Shown here one piece after another: positions 10,081 to 20,314 of a DNA stretch of 59,912 nt (its first letter is position 1; every line of letters begins with the position of its first letter). The DNA comes from a virus (lineage: Duplodnaviria; Caudoviricetes), in the IMG/VR virus record IMGVR_UViG_3300025770_001265, positions 1-59,912 of that record. One strand, 5' to 3'. The notes below the pieces were generated by a model. It worked only from the letters and a program-made list of their open reading frames with translations, was not told the DNA's origin and made no database searches. The translations under genes and the position numbers were made by a program.

Positions 10081-10680
10081 ATGAATATAGATTCCTCAAT
10101 AGAAGTTACGTTACCAAATGGACGTGTACTGAATTTAAAGAATTCCCTTACTTATGGTGGTGTCGATATATTGGCATCAGCTATAGCTGGGAGAAGCACT
10201 ATAAATTTTACACATTTCTATATAAGACACGCCACAGTAAAATCTGATGCAGATGATCCTGAAACAAACTTCCATGTCAATAAAGACCTACACGCCGTAA
10301 CCCACGCAGATTTTACTGCGGAGAATGGTAGCGCAGGATACTCAATATTAGACTTAAATACGGGCATAGAATTACGAACTTCTGATACGCAAAAATACAC
10401 ACAAAATGTAGTAAAGTTTCCTGTGACGTTTAATGCCATAGATATGGGTCTTAAGTTTAAGGATACGAATCAATCTAATTATAGCATAATTTACTATATG
10501 GGACTTGCCTCCAGACCTATGACAATACCAGCTGAGTATGTAGATGGCACTCAAACAGAACTAGATGAAGGTAAATATGATGTTATAACTTCTGTTATAA
10601 AGTTGGGTGAAAATGATTATTTTGGAATCCCAAATACCGGTACAGTATCAGTTGGATACGATCTTAAACTAGCTGTTTAA
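10081..10680 (+). CDS. Hypothetical protein, possibly tail/baseplate
   Basis: 199-aa ORF; N-terminal KNSLTYGGVDILASAIAG resembles the start of tail-collar/baseplate proteins; co-oriented with neighbours. Confidence 0.55.
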   Translation: MNIDSSIEVTLPNGRVLNLKNSLTYGGVDILASAIAGRSTINFTHFYIRHATVKSDADDPETNFHVNKDLHAVTHADFTAENGSAGYSILDLNTGIELRTSDTQKYTQNVVKFPVTFNAIDMGLKFKDTNQSNYSIIYYMGLASRPMTIPAEYVDGTQTELDEGKYDVITSVIKLGENDYFGIPNTGTVSVGYDLKLAV

Positions 10681-11558
10681 TGAGAGGACCTAGTATAGAG
10701 TTAATTAGGTACGAACCTGAGTCTAGACCTCAAGCACCTGACGTACTTGGAAGCTACACTTTGGTAGTACGCGCATCGGGCTATAACATGCCGTCCGAAG
10801 TATTTATATACCATGCTATTAATGAGGAAAATCCTTACTCAGGAGATGTTTTTGAAGCCGTGGCAACTCCAAGTCAAATAGAAGAGTTACCTTTAAATAA
10901 ACCCTCTTTTTCTGCTGAAACTAATGAAGGAGTTCCTTTTTATAGGAGAAACCAATTAGAAATTTATTTTAGATCATTAGATGAGTTAAATGATTTTTGG
11001 GTGGAGCTAAAACGACAGGTTAATACTTTAGTAAAGAATTATAAGGTTATGGAGGAGTTAGTTAATACTAGCTTAGTTACGTTGAGTGGAGGCAGTCGCA
11101 TAGACACTACGACGATAGACCAACCATCGTCCCTTATAACTTTATATACCGAACCTGCTACTAGTGTTGATTTAGATGTAAATAAAAATATTAAAACAGC
11201 TGATGCTGGTATGTTTGGATGGCTGCCTGTAAGCGAAGACCAAGAAAAACCTAGTAATGCTAAACTTTTTTATAACCTAGGAAAGCATGCTGAGTTAAGT
11301 GAAATTTGGGAGTCAGGGTTAAAGGAACCTTACGGCGTCCATGCCTTGATTATTAATGGCTATCATTACTCTACTGGAGAACATGGAATTTATGAGATAA
11401 ACCAAAATGGAATATTTTGGTTAGATTTTGATCCAGATAACTTTTCAGGAGATAGATTAAATCTACCTAAACCCACAAAAAACCCATGGCCGGATGACTA
11501 CTTTGTGGGGTATGGCTCATCCAGTCCTAACATCATTAGATTGCTTTTGTACGTCTAA
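10680..11558 (+). CDS. Hypothetical protein
   Basis: 292-aa ORF, TAATG stop/start coupling with the upstream gene. Confidence 0.7.
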   Translation: MRGPSIELIRYEPESRPQAPDVLGSYTLVVRASGYNMPSEVFIYHAINEENPYSGDVFEAVATPSQIEELPLNKPSFSAETNEGVPFYRRNQLEIYFRSLDELNDFWVELKRQVNTLVKNYKVMEELVNTSLVTLSGGSRIDTTTIDQPSSLITLYTEPATSVDLDVNKNIKTADAGMFGWLPVSEDQEKPSNAKLFYNLGKHAELSEIWESGLKEPYGVHALIINGYHYSTGEHGIYEINQNGIFWLDFDPDNFSGDRLNLPKPTKNPWPDDYFVGYGSSSPNIIRLLLYV

Positions 11559-14081
11559 TTCAGTTGGCTGTGTGGTATAGGTGCCTAATTTAGGCGGCTC
11601 TATAAAAATATCAGCAAGCATTCTGTTAGCATCCTCCGCTCTCATAATGAAGTAGTGATTCTTTCTACGCACATTCAAGTTTTTTTGCGACATATAGTTG
11701 CCCACTTTTACTATATCTATATTTAACTTTTCGATCCCGGCTGTATGTATGCGAACTTCCTGTGCTTTAAAGTCCATTGAAACAATTTTATGAAAATCCT
11801 CTATAGGTATTCTAGACATCCATTGTCCAAAAATACCATGATTTTGTAAAGTCACCTGCCAATTCACACTAGGCATACTTTGTCTTAATATAGCTAATCC
11901 CTCTGTTAGTAAATGTATAAACTCAGAGCTACTATAGTTGGGGTCTAAGTTAGCGCCTTTGGATCTAAGCATTTCATTAATAAGGTGGGGAAAGTAAAAA
12001 TTACAAAAATCAGAAAAAGATTTATAGTCTATGGATTCGTCAGCAAAGGAGTAACCCTCCTCAGCTAAAACAAAGGTAGGAAATCTTAATTTAGGTAAAA
12101 TACTGTCATTAGGACATGCACATACCATGGGATAGCCATCAAGTCCTGCCAGGTGAACTTCATTACGTATGTTTGGGTTTATCTCTTCGGTTTGCTTTTG
12201 CCCAAAGATATGCAAGGCCGTGGCTAGTATTAAACGATTTTCTTTTGTATTTTTGACGAGTACGGGAGGAGATGCTAAATTCAAAAAGGAGCGACCTAGC
12301 ATCCCAGACACAAGCGCTACTGCTGCATTAGTGCCAGGACTATTATATATAATCTCTTTTGTTCCTATTTTTTTGAAAGACCAGTCAAAGTTAAGGAATG
12401 ATTTAACCCGTGGATGGCAGAATGAAATTTTAGATTCGACATCACCGCCGGTGCAAGCCCATGAGGTGCTTTGAAATCTACTACGGTCTGAAGACCAACC
12501 TAGTTTGTTTACTCCCAGCTTAACTATAGAGTTATTAATTTCTTTATTAATAATGTTACGTAAGGTAATACCAAATGTAGTATCTAGAAGAGCGGGTGTC
12601 TGTATATTACTGCAATCATCGATAACAACTGTTGAGGAAGTTAGAGACTGTATTGCGGCCGACACGATACTGGTTGCTTTAGTGGAATCCTTTTTAGACA
12701 TAATAAAGGATAATTGCTGGCTATCCATGGTCATAATGCCACTATGGTAAACATCAGAACTATCTCTAAAAATATGGGTTGTCTGCAGTTTTATTGTGAA
12801 ATTAGTAAAGTGTACATTTCTGCTGACATTTTGAGCTACGTATCCATCCTTCGTAGTAATGATTGTGTTACCATTGATAGTGTTTATCTCGCTACGAGCT
12901 GCACTAGACTCCAAGAGCGCTAGTATATCTGCACGTTGTGTATGCTCTAAATGTAGTCGCACTCTGTCTAAGGTTATAGGATCTTCTTTTAGTACTTCTA
13001 TAAATTCTTCAAATTTTACATCCTCCAAGGAACCTTGAGATACTAAAGTTAGAAATTGGTTAAGCACATATGTCCTAGCATCTCTACTTTGATCAAAAGT
13101 TGCTTTAAAAAGTTGATTTTTATTTACAAGTCCAAGTTCCTGAAATGAGTTATGTATGCCTAAGATAACATCAGCACTTGTAGATTCGTCTATAACCATT
13201 AAACCTTGCGAAAGTAACGGCGGTAAGTAGTTACCTTCTTTTTTCATTTTTATACTTACGCAATTTTGACTAACTGGGGATCCATGATTGAAATGATTTT
13301 TTGCTGATCCTAAAGCAGAAAATTCATCCCGCACAACGTACACACAAGTCTCGCTAGGATCTACAGCGTGAAGTCCAAATACGCCTCTATTATATGGCGT
13401 GACGTCCAATGATCTGGGCCTATCAAATTCAGGATTAATCACTTGAATGTCAGATATTGTAGAATAATTAGCAAAAGTTGGAAGCAGTAATAGTTTATTA
13501 TTTTTATCAGAATCCGACTTCCGACTATAATGTCGTTCTGTGTTTATTTTTAATTTATGTAAACTTTTGAGCTGCTGAAGCGTGTCATATAATTCCTGCT
13601 CATCTACAACAGAGACCATAGTACTTATATAGTTTAGATCATCACAATATTTCCTTAAATAAGTCCTACATGTAGAAAATTCAGGATTATTAACTAACTT
13701 AGATTTATTGCGATGTACTAGGTTTAAAAGTAAATCAAGGTCTTCGAGATATTCGCTTATTAAACGTTTAGACCACTGCAGGGAGTCAAATATAGGGCTC
13801 TCAAGTCTATTGAAGTAGAATTTAAATATGTATTCCATAGACTCTTCAAAAGACTTCCCTGATACGTAGCTCATAAATGAGATAATGTTTCCTGCTTTAA
13901 AGTCCCCGAACTTATCCGGATTTACGAATTCATAATCTTTTATATAGAGATGTTTTTGATTTGCCTTTGGATTGTCTATGAAATAAGATCCCTTTTTATG
14001 CTTATGAACAGTAAACCCAAGATCTTGTGCAAGACGTATTGGACGTATAGCCTCAAAAAGCTTGTTGACTTTAGCTAACAT
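11517..14081 (-). CDS. Large hypothetical protein with remnant primase-like N-terminus
   Basis: 854 aa; AGNIISFMSYVSGKSFEESMEYI resembles the helix following the DnaG CHC2 zinc finger, but the Cys/His ligands are absent; later HFTNFTIKL and LGWS segments recall DUF927-type regions. Confidence 0.6.
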   Translation of the reverse strand: MLAKVNKLFEAIRPIRLAQDLGFTVHKHKKGSYFIDNPKANQKHLYIKDYEFVNPDKFGDFKAGNIISFMSYVSGKSFEESMEYIFKFYFNRLESPIFDSLQWSKRLISEYLEDLDLLLNLVHRNKSKLVNNPEFSTCRTYLRKYCDDLNYISTMVSVVDEQELYDTLQQLKSLHKLKINTERHYSRKSDSDKNNKLLLLPTFANYSTISDIQVINPEFDRPRSLDVTPYNRGVFGLHAVDPSETCVYVVRDEFSALGSAKNHFNHGSPVSQNCVSIKMKKEGNYLPPLLSQGLMVIDESTSADVILGIHNSFQELGLVNKNQLFKATFDQSRDARTYVLNQFLTLVSQGSLEDVKFEEFIEVLKEDPITLDRVRLHLEHTQRADILALLESSAARSEINTINGNTIITTKDGYVAQNVSRNVHFTNFTIKLQTTHIFRDSSDVYHSGIMTMDSQQLSFIMSKKDSTKATSIVSAAIQSLTSSTVVIDDCSNIQTPALLDTTFGITLRNIINKEINNSIVKLGVNKLGWSSDRSRFQSTSWACTGGDVESKISFCHPRVKSFLNFDWSFKKIGTKEIIYNSPGTNAAVALVSGMLGRSFLNLASPPVLVKNTKENRLILATALHIFGQKQTEEINPNIRNEVHLAGLDGYPMVCACPNDSILPKLRFPTFVLAEEGYSFADESIDYKSFSDFCNFYFPHLINEMLRSKGANLDPNYSSSEFIHLLTEGLAILRQSMPSVNWQVTLQNHGIFGQWMSRIPIEDFHKIVSMDFKAQEVRIHTAGIEKLNIDIVKVGNYMSQKNLNVRRKNHYFIMRAEDANRMLADIFIEPPKLGTYTTQPTELDVQKQSNDVRTG

Positions 14082-14098
14082 AATGAAAAAATGCTCAT

Positions 14099-15151
14099 AT
14101 GGATTTTATAACAGACAATAATCCCAAGAATATCAATTACGTCAAGTCTTTGTTAGGAAAGTTTCCTTCATACGTAAAGGAGGCTAACTACACAAAAAAG
14201 CCTCGTATAGCAAGAGGATCATTCGCAAACACTGTAGACAGAGAATTTCCGATGGACACACCTGAAAACACTTTTCTGAGTTATGCTTACATAAAAGCAG
14301 CAACAAAGGACGGTGGGTTAAGTCCAAACAAAACCATCCATTTAAATAAGATAAAAGCTGCAGCCCAGTTACACGGAAATACAGAAGATATAGAAAATAT
14401 TGACGCTGCGGTAAATAAAGATGTTCTTGAGTCTAAAACAAAAGAAGCAAAAAATAACTTTGCTCTTATAATAGATTTTGAAAAGAAAGGCGGGCTGAAG
14501 TATTACTATCCTATTACCTCTCGCGAGTTACTTGAAAAATCAGCGCGTGACCTAGTAGAGGATGAAAGAAAAATGCCTTTAGAAGCATTTCGCACAGCCG
14601 CCAGTTGTATAGTAAAAAAAGCTAATGATTTTGGAATTTCAAAATCATTACCAACAAAAATTCTAAGAACTGGAGCTGATCGAGAGTTTAATATAAAGAT
14701 CGCTAATTTTGCAGCAAAACAAAGGGCCAAGAAATTCGGAGAAGATGCGGGTATTATTTACTACGACATTGTGAAGACAGCGTCTTCAGACAAGCAAAAC
14801 CTAGATAACTATCTTAATCTCTTTTTGGATATGGATAGGATCAATAAAGTGGCCTACAGCAGAGACATGCTGAATCCATATGAAGCCTTTTATTCCGGGG
14901 TAGATAACTCTGAGATAGAAAAAGCTGCAGAAGCCCATGTATTAATTAATGAAGCTCCAGTGCCGCTAGAAGAATTTAAGAAGTCAGCTAAAGAAGTAGT
15001 TGAAGCTAATTTTAATGAAAAGGAGGCTGCTTTAATCATGCCTGCCGTTGAGGCAGCTGAGAAAAGCGGTGGAGTAAGTGCAACTCTTAAAGTAATGGCC
15101 TTAGGGAAAGACCTTCAGTCTAGATTCCTACAAGCATTAGTAGAAAAATAA
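14099..15151 (+). CDS. Hypothetical head-associated protein (K-x-A rich)
   Basis: 350 aa; internal duplication REFPMDTPE / YYPITSRE; many KxA motifs (VKEA, TKEA, EKSA, VKKA, VKTA, EKAA, KKSA). Confidence 0.65.
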   Translation: MDFITDNNPKNINYVKSLLGKFPSYVKEANYTKKPRIARGSFANTVDREFPMDTPENTFLSYAYIKAATKDGGLSPNKTIHLNKIKAAAQLHGNTEDIENIDAAVNKDVLESKTKEAKNNFALIIDFEKKGGLKYYYPITSRELLEKSARDLVEDERKMPLEAFRTAASCIVKKANDFGISKSLPTKILRTGADREFNIKIANFAAKQRAKKFGEDAGIIYYDIVKTASSDKQNLDNYLNLFLDMDRINKVAYSRDMLNPYEAFYSGVDNSEIEKAAEAHVLINEAPVPLEEFKKSAKEVVEANFNEKEAALIMPAVEAAEKSGGVSATLKVMALGKDLQSRFLQALVEK

Positions 15152-15435
15152 TGAATCATATACAAAAATATCAATTAATTAAACTGGCAGCACAGGTACA
15201 CGCCCCGGGTTCGGTAGGCGCATTCTTCCAAACAGATCCAATTCGACAATCTCCGTTTCCTAAGTCCTCAAAGCCACCTGTCCAAGCAGAGCCTGATCCA
15301 GCTCCGCCACGACCCGCGTATCCACCATTAAAGGCAGGTGAGCAACCTGCATCCGTAGAGCCTTCTCCTCCTGCCCTCAAGGGCGGCACCCCCGGTAAGG
15401 GTTTGCAGGAAAAACTTCGTAAATTAGGTTGGTAG
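15151..15435 (+). CDS. Pro-rich small protein with MNHxxK leader
   Basis: MNHIQKYQLIKLAAQ; coupled to the upstream stop. Confidence 0.65.
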   Translation: MNHIQKYQLIKLAAQVHAPGSVGAFFQTDPIRQSPFPKSSKPPVQAEPDPAPPRPAYPPLKAGEQPASVEPSPPALKGGTPGKGLQEKLRKLGW

Positions 15436-15450
15436 CAGACTACACGTAAA

Positions 15451-15966
15451 ATGAATCACTTAGAAAAAATAGCAGTTGCCGGAAATTTAACAAAACTCAT
15501 GCAGAGTTTAAAAGGAGTGGGAGACGCAGGCGCAGGTACCTCACGACTTACTGACGCTTTGAAATCTGTAGCCACCAACCCATATGCTCAAGTTACGACT
15601 GCAGGCGGTGCGCTAGGCTCATTATCAGATGATCCAGTGGGAGGAGCCCTGACAGGAGCAATAGGCGGAGCAGGAGCACTTTTAGGCGGTAAATTAGGTA
15701 TAAAGGGCATGAGAAATCTGGCTCAATCAGGACGCTTAGGCGAGGGTATGCAATCAACTTCTTGGATGGAGAAAAATCCTCTTGCTACTGGATCGTTAGC
15801 AACACTAGGAATTGGAGGAGGAGCCGCAGCTGGTGCAGCAGCGGGTGGTGGTTATTCAGAAGGCATGCAACGGCTTTTACCTATACTGCAAGACTTATTT
15901 AAAGAAACCCAGGATAAGTATCGGCTAGACAAAGGTACAGCGTACTACGGTGATAGTGAGGCTTAA
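15451..15966 (+). CDS. Gly/Ala-rich protein with MNHLEKIA leader (putative internal virion protein)
   Basis: Glycine-zipper-like hydrophobic segments GGALTGAIGGAGALLGG. Confidence 0.7.
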   Translation: MNHLEKIAVAGNLTKLMQSLKGVGDAGAGTSRLTDALKSVATNPYAQVTTAGGALGSLSDDPVGGALTGAIGGAGALLGGKLGIKGMRNLAQSGRLGEGMQSTSWMEKNPLATGSLATLGIGGGAAAGAAAGGGYSEGMQRLLPILQDLFKETQDKYRLDKGTAYYGDSEA

Positions 15967-16590
15967 ATGAACCATTTAGAAAAAGTAGCAGCAGCTCAGT
16001 ACATAATACAGCCTGGGCTCACTAAAGAAGCTTGGGATCGCAATGCATGGTATTCTTATGTTCCTATAGTAGGAGATATAGGTAATGCAGTTTCCAACGC
16101 CTCAGATGGTAATTGGTTGAACGCAGCTGGTAATCTAGGGATGGCTGCTTTGAACTTTATACCTGGAGCTGGTTTAGCCGCAAAAGGTTTACAACTAGGC
16201 GCTAAAGGTCTTGGAAGTATGGCTGCTAAGGGAATAGCAGCAAAAGGAATGACTGCAGGAGGTCAGCGGCTGGCGACACAAGCGGCTGGCGGAATTACTA
16301 GCGGCATAAACAAAGCAGTAGCACGCACAGGGACAGGCAGGCTTAACTCCGTAGTGGGTAGTATGGCAAAAAGCCCAAAGACATGGCTTGCAGGGTCTGC
16401 CGTCGGCAGCATACTAGGCGATACTCTGGGAGGAGACGACCAACAACAACAACCACAGCAACAATCAGGTGGTCTTGGTCTTGGTTGGAATCAGAATAGT
16501 GGAAACCAAGGAACCGGTCAGCAATTCTTCAATCCAGGCCAAACATACGGCGGGTTAAATAACTCCGCCGGATCTAATACTATATATTAA
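15967..16590 (+). CDS. Gly/Ala-rich protein with MNHLEKVA leader (putative internal virion protein)
   Basis: YVPIVGDIGNA...NFIPGAG resembles the DxIP.VG helical hairpins of pre-toxin-like segments; Gln-rich tail. Confidence 0.7.
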   Translation: MNHLEKVAAAQYIIQPGLTKEAWDRNAWYSYVPIVGDIGNAVSNASDGNWLNAAGNLGMAALNFIPGAGLAAKGLQLGAKGLGSMAAKGIAAKGMTAGGQRLATQAAGGITSGINKAVARTGTGRLNSVVGSMAKSPKTWLAGSAVGSILGDTLGGDDQQQQPQQQSGGLGLGWNQNSGNQGTGQQFFNPGQTYGGLNNSAGSNTIY

Positions 16591-16603
16591 AAGGCCAGGG
16601 CAA

Positions 16604-17158
16604 ATGCAGGTGCCTCAAATAAATAGGAAAGTAGCGGGAAATTTACTTTCTGAGGATTCTACTTTTGGAACTACAGCGCATATCATAGCCTATGGTGCGT
16701 ACGGAGATGAGATGTACGAGATGGATATTCTTGAACTCTTTTCCAAGCTAGAGGATGATTTTGGGGTAGAGATGTCAGATGATGTCAGACAGAAGTTACA
16801 GGCTATTATGTTGTGTACTCAATCAGATGCCTTCTTCCATGACCCAGAGGCCTTTAGAGCAGTTTGCAATACGTTGGTGGATGGTGATCCAGGATTCCTA
16901 ATATTTGATGACTTAACCATACCAGAGATACTTTGGTCGACTTATGAGGTTAGCCTAAATCATCCAGGTGTGGAGTTTACGCAAGCAGTAAATAATTTAA
17001 TTGATCGTGAGTTAAAGGAGGAAGGTGAGGATTTAGATTCTTTGGATGAAGCTGGCGACTTGCCATATTTCGACAGGGCTGTAACCCACCTTAGGGGAGA
17101 GCTTAAAGAGCAGTTAAATACGCTTGGAGTAGATACAGCCAAGCTGCCTCAAGTCTGA
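16604..17158 (+). CDS. Hypothetical acidic protein
   Basis: 184-aa ORF in the same operon. Confidence 0.7.
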   Translation: MQVPQINRKVAGNLLSEDSTFGTTAHIIAYGAYGDEMYEMDILELFSKLEDDFGVEMSDDVRQKLQAIMLCTQSDAFFHDPEAFRAVCNTLVDGDPGFLIFDDLTIPEILWSTYEVSLNHPGVEFTQAVNNLIDRELKEEGEDLDSLDEAGDLPYFDRAVTHLRGELKEQLNTLGVDTAKLPQV

Positions 17159-17186
17159 AATACACCAGCTCTTGGTGTTATATATA
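17156..17186 (+). promoter_or_regulatory. Putative phage promoter, copy 1
   Basis: TGAAAT-17nt-TATATA with GTGT immediately before the -10-like box; same spacing as five other copies. Confidence 0.65.
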
Positions 17187-17231
17187 GTTGTACACATATG
17201 TGTATTTGAACTTTTCTTATATAACAACTAA

Positions 17232-17513
17232 ATGAAAAAAACTACAGAAGACGAATTAGAATATACCATAAATAATATTAATGAATTAGATATCGAATTA
17301 GATGAGTTAGAAAATCGGTGTCAAGCTTTAGCTATAGAAATAAAAATAATTGAAGAAGTACTACAGCTTGACAAGTATAGCTCTCGTCTTGGCGAGAGTG
17401 ACCAAGCTTTATATACGCACCATTTACATGAGGCGGGAAAGTCCGCGAATACTGTCTTTCATTTAAGTGCGGCACGGCGACTACTGGAGAGTGCACGCGA
17501 ATGGGCTTTGTAG
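17232..17513 (+). CDS. Hypothetical coiled-coil protein
   Basis: 93-aa ORF downstream of the promoter motif. Confidence 0.6.
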   Translation: MKKTTEDELEYTINNINELDIELDELENRCQALAIEIKIIEEVLQLDKYSSRLGESDQALYTHHLHEAGKSANTVFHLSAARRLLESAREWAL

Positions 17514-17782
17514 TATAATCTGAAATCACGAGAAACAATACGGATTACGTTGGAACACGCAAATCCAGAAAATGCCTGCAAGTAAACAGTACCGGAATCA
17601 CTGACTAACTAACTTGTCTATCATGAGTGATGATGTACTTTTTCAAATCCTTGTCGACAGGATGAGCAATTGTATTAGCGCAATGAGGACGTAAGAGCTC
17701 TGTTACATTTACGCCTGAAGAACGCAGGTATAGCCGCGATTCGCGTGGTCCGTAACTCAGAAAGTAAGAGAGATACTACTCT

Positions 17783-19612
17783 TTATACAGAGAAGGCGGC
17801 TGGGGCTTCCCAGCCGCTTTCCTGTATTCTATCCGGCCGTAGAGATCCTGACAATCTAGACATAAGGGCTCTGTCTTCGATTATAGGCTCCTGAAGTCTA
17901 ATCCTCCCTAGAACATATGCGAAATTTAATCCATGTAATGTATCGTCAGCCTTAGCGGCATGACGTCTATACGTGAATAGATTAGCACCACCCGAATCTG
18001 TGGGAACTCTATATAGGTTTAAAAGATCCGTGAGCATCGGCTTTGCCATAGACCAGTCATAGCAACGTATGCGTCTATTTTTAATTGCTACATACAGTGT
18101 TGTTATTGACTCAGTTTTATTAAGTGAAAATTGATTAAATACATTTTGATTTTCTTTTAGAGGTATAGCATTTGGACCTGAGTACTGAAATATTAGATGG
18201 TGTGCTGGGTTCATAGATTCACGAAGTAGCATATTATAAGCCATGCCTACACCGTAGTCACTGCCCAGAGCATCTCCTTTATATGTGGTATGCCAGTGCA
18301 TAATATCGTCTGCGATATTTCGATACGACATACCTTCATATCGCTTCATATGAATAATATCATACGAGTTATCAAGATTTTGACCAATCATAGCGTGCAC
18401 GGTATAAGACACTTTGGTCTTAAGAGATACGTCATAGTCACTTCCGCCCCAATCACAACCTGATATAACAAATCTATACTCACCTTTTTTTGCTTTTTCT
18501 CTAGGTATATCTGGAGAACCTAAAGTACATATATTTATAAGATCACTTTCTGTAAGTTCTCTTTCACCCTCTTCTGTAGGTATTCCAAGATTCTCTTGAA
18601 AAAATTTACGTGGATCTTGTTCCAACTTTTTTCTATATATCTCCGCATAGCGCATTTTATTGTTAACAACAAATGGAACAATAATTTGAGGTATATGAAA
18701 CCCAATTTGATTTTTGTTAAAATTACCCTCATCTAAATGCATAAACCTACCTTTAGTTACATCTAAAAGTTTATCACACTTAGAACAAGATACTCCTCGT
18801 GGTTGTATCATGTCCATAACACCGTATTCTGGAAGCGGTATGTTGTCATGGTTACAGCCTACACATGTCATCACCCAGACACCTTGAGAGGAGTTTTCAT
18901 ACTTATACTCCAAGGCTGTGTCTGTTGTTAAGGATGTCCCGGCATAAAGGGTGATTGGCATTTCTGTAGCAGATTGAATTTCTGATACTTCAGGTTCGAA
19001 CTCTGGATCAAAATTTTGATACTCATCGAATACAAGCTCGTCTGAAGACTTACCACGTATATTAGTGACCTGAGTATCAACATTGAATAACTCTATTGAA
19101 GATCCATTACTATACTCTTTTAAATACAGATTCTGCCTAAATCTATGGTGCTGTCTGGCATATAGAAAGGCAAGTTCCAGATCTCTTAATCTATTTGCAT
19201 AGGTTGTTAATTGATCTTTTTTAGGTGTAATATAAATACTTTTAAATCTTGGGAATATATGGCATATCAACCGCTGCCGGGCTGCTATAGTAGTAGACTT
19301 AGCAATTTGCCTACTACCGCGTATAACAGTGAACCCACCTATATTTAGAGCGAGTAGATGGTACGCAAATGGGAAATTATGTAAAGACATAGGTTCGCTT
19401 TTAGGGTATTGCGGATAGTAGTAGGGCAGGAGGTACGTTATATTATAGCGACAATGCCTCAATATCTCCATAAGAGCATCATTGGCTTGATTCTGATGTC
19501 GGACACTGCCCTTTGCCCTTTCGGTATGGTAATTTAATTTATTACTTAACTTTATAAGTTTATCTCTAAAAACGCCATCAGTTCGGGCGGTGTATTCAAG
19601 ATCAAAATACAT
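17783..19612 (-). CDS. terL: Terminase large subunit, lambda GpA-like
   Basis: Walker A-like GSRQIAKST, Walker B LVFDEYQ, coupling motif AGT, CVGCNH...CSKC zinc motif, GFHIPQI, QENLG, nuclease GCDWG and C-terminal ADDTLH. Confidence 0.85.
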   Translation of the reverse strand: MYFDLEYTARTDGVFRDKLIKLSNKLNYHTERAKGSVRHQNQANDALMEILRHCRYNITYLLPYYYPQYPKSEPMSLHNFPFAYHLLALNIGGFTVIRGSRQIAKSTTIAARQRLICHIFPRFKSIYITPKKDQLTTYANRLRDLELAFLYARQHHRFRQNLYLKEYSNGSSIELFNVDTQVTNIRGKSSDELVFDEYQNFDPEFEPEVSEIQSATEMPITLYAGTSLTTDTALEYKYENSSQGVWVMTCVGCNHDNIPLPEYGVMDMIQPRGVSCSKCDKLLDVTKGRFMHLDEGNFNKNQIGFHIPQIIVPFVVNNKMRYAEIYRKKLEQDPRKFFQENLGIPTEEGERELTESDLINICTLGSPDIPREKAKKGEYRFVISGCDWGGSDYDVSLKTKVSYTVHAMIGQNLDNSYDIIHMKRYEGMSYRNIADDIMHWHTTYKGDALGSDYGVGMAYNMLLRESMNPAHHLIFQYSGPNAIPLKENQNVFNQFSLNKTESITTLYVAIKNRRIRCYDWSMAKPMLTDLLNLYRVPTDSGGANLFTYRRHAAKADDTLHGLNFAYVLGRIRLQEPIIEDRALMSRLSGSLRPDRIQESGWEAPAAFSV

Positions 19613-19846
19613 TGACTGAAAAGGGTTTATATATAGGATTGTAGGAATGCATTGTAAATCTCCAAGAGAATTTTTAAAACGATTATATTATAGATCTAAT
19701 AAGAAAAGCGGTATTATAAAATATCCTCCCAATGTATTTCCTAAAAGAAGGTTTGGTCAAACAAAATGGGTCGCGGATCAAGATTATAAAAAGATTCATG
19801 ATTCTTTGCTTGCCAAAGAGCACCTGATTATATCATAACATATCCT

Positions 19847-20314
19847 ATGCCAAGGAAAAAAGAAAACCAGGAAGATCACCTGGACGACGGCGTGGTGCTG
19901 ACCTACTCTATAGAAGTTGTAAATAACAAGAAGGAGCTTGTTAAACTAAATGGCAGCGTACCCATTCCTTTACTACTAAGCAAAGCTTGCATACATCAGT
20001 CAGAAATAAGTTTTAAACAAATTTTTGACACATTGGTAGGAGATCCAATTAAAGTCCAAATGCAGTCTAAAATCCGTAAAAGGCAGGAAGACTTTACACG
20101 CAAAGATCAGGAGTCAAAAACTACCACATCAACTTCAAATAGAGACGATGTATTTATACTAGCTGACGACAAAGAAGAAGAAAAAAAGGAACAGCAGGAT
20201 GATAAACAAAAAAAAGACGATAGTAGTGATACCAGCCCGAAAGGGGAGCAAGGGGATACCAAAGAAAAATCTGAAGATGGTGAATGGGAAATCCCTGATA
20301 CGACATCCGGTTGA
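19847..20314 (+). CDS. Hypothetical protein with acidic tail
   Basis: 155-aa ORF; the last 116 nt overlap the next gene in another frame. Confidence 0.6.
   Translation: MPRKKENQEDHLDDGVVLTYSIEVVNNKKELVKLNGSVPIPLLLSKACIHQSEISFKQIFDTLVGDPIKVQMQSKIRKRQEDFTRKDQESKTTTSTSNRDDVFILADDKEEEKKEQQDDKQKKDDSSDTSPKGEQGDTKEKSEDGEWEIPDTTSG

Noticed and set aside
19647-19838. 63-aa basic ORF divergent from terL
   Set aside because: It could be real, but it has no recognisable motif and overlaps likely promoter sequence; not enough support to call.
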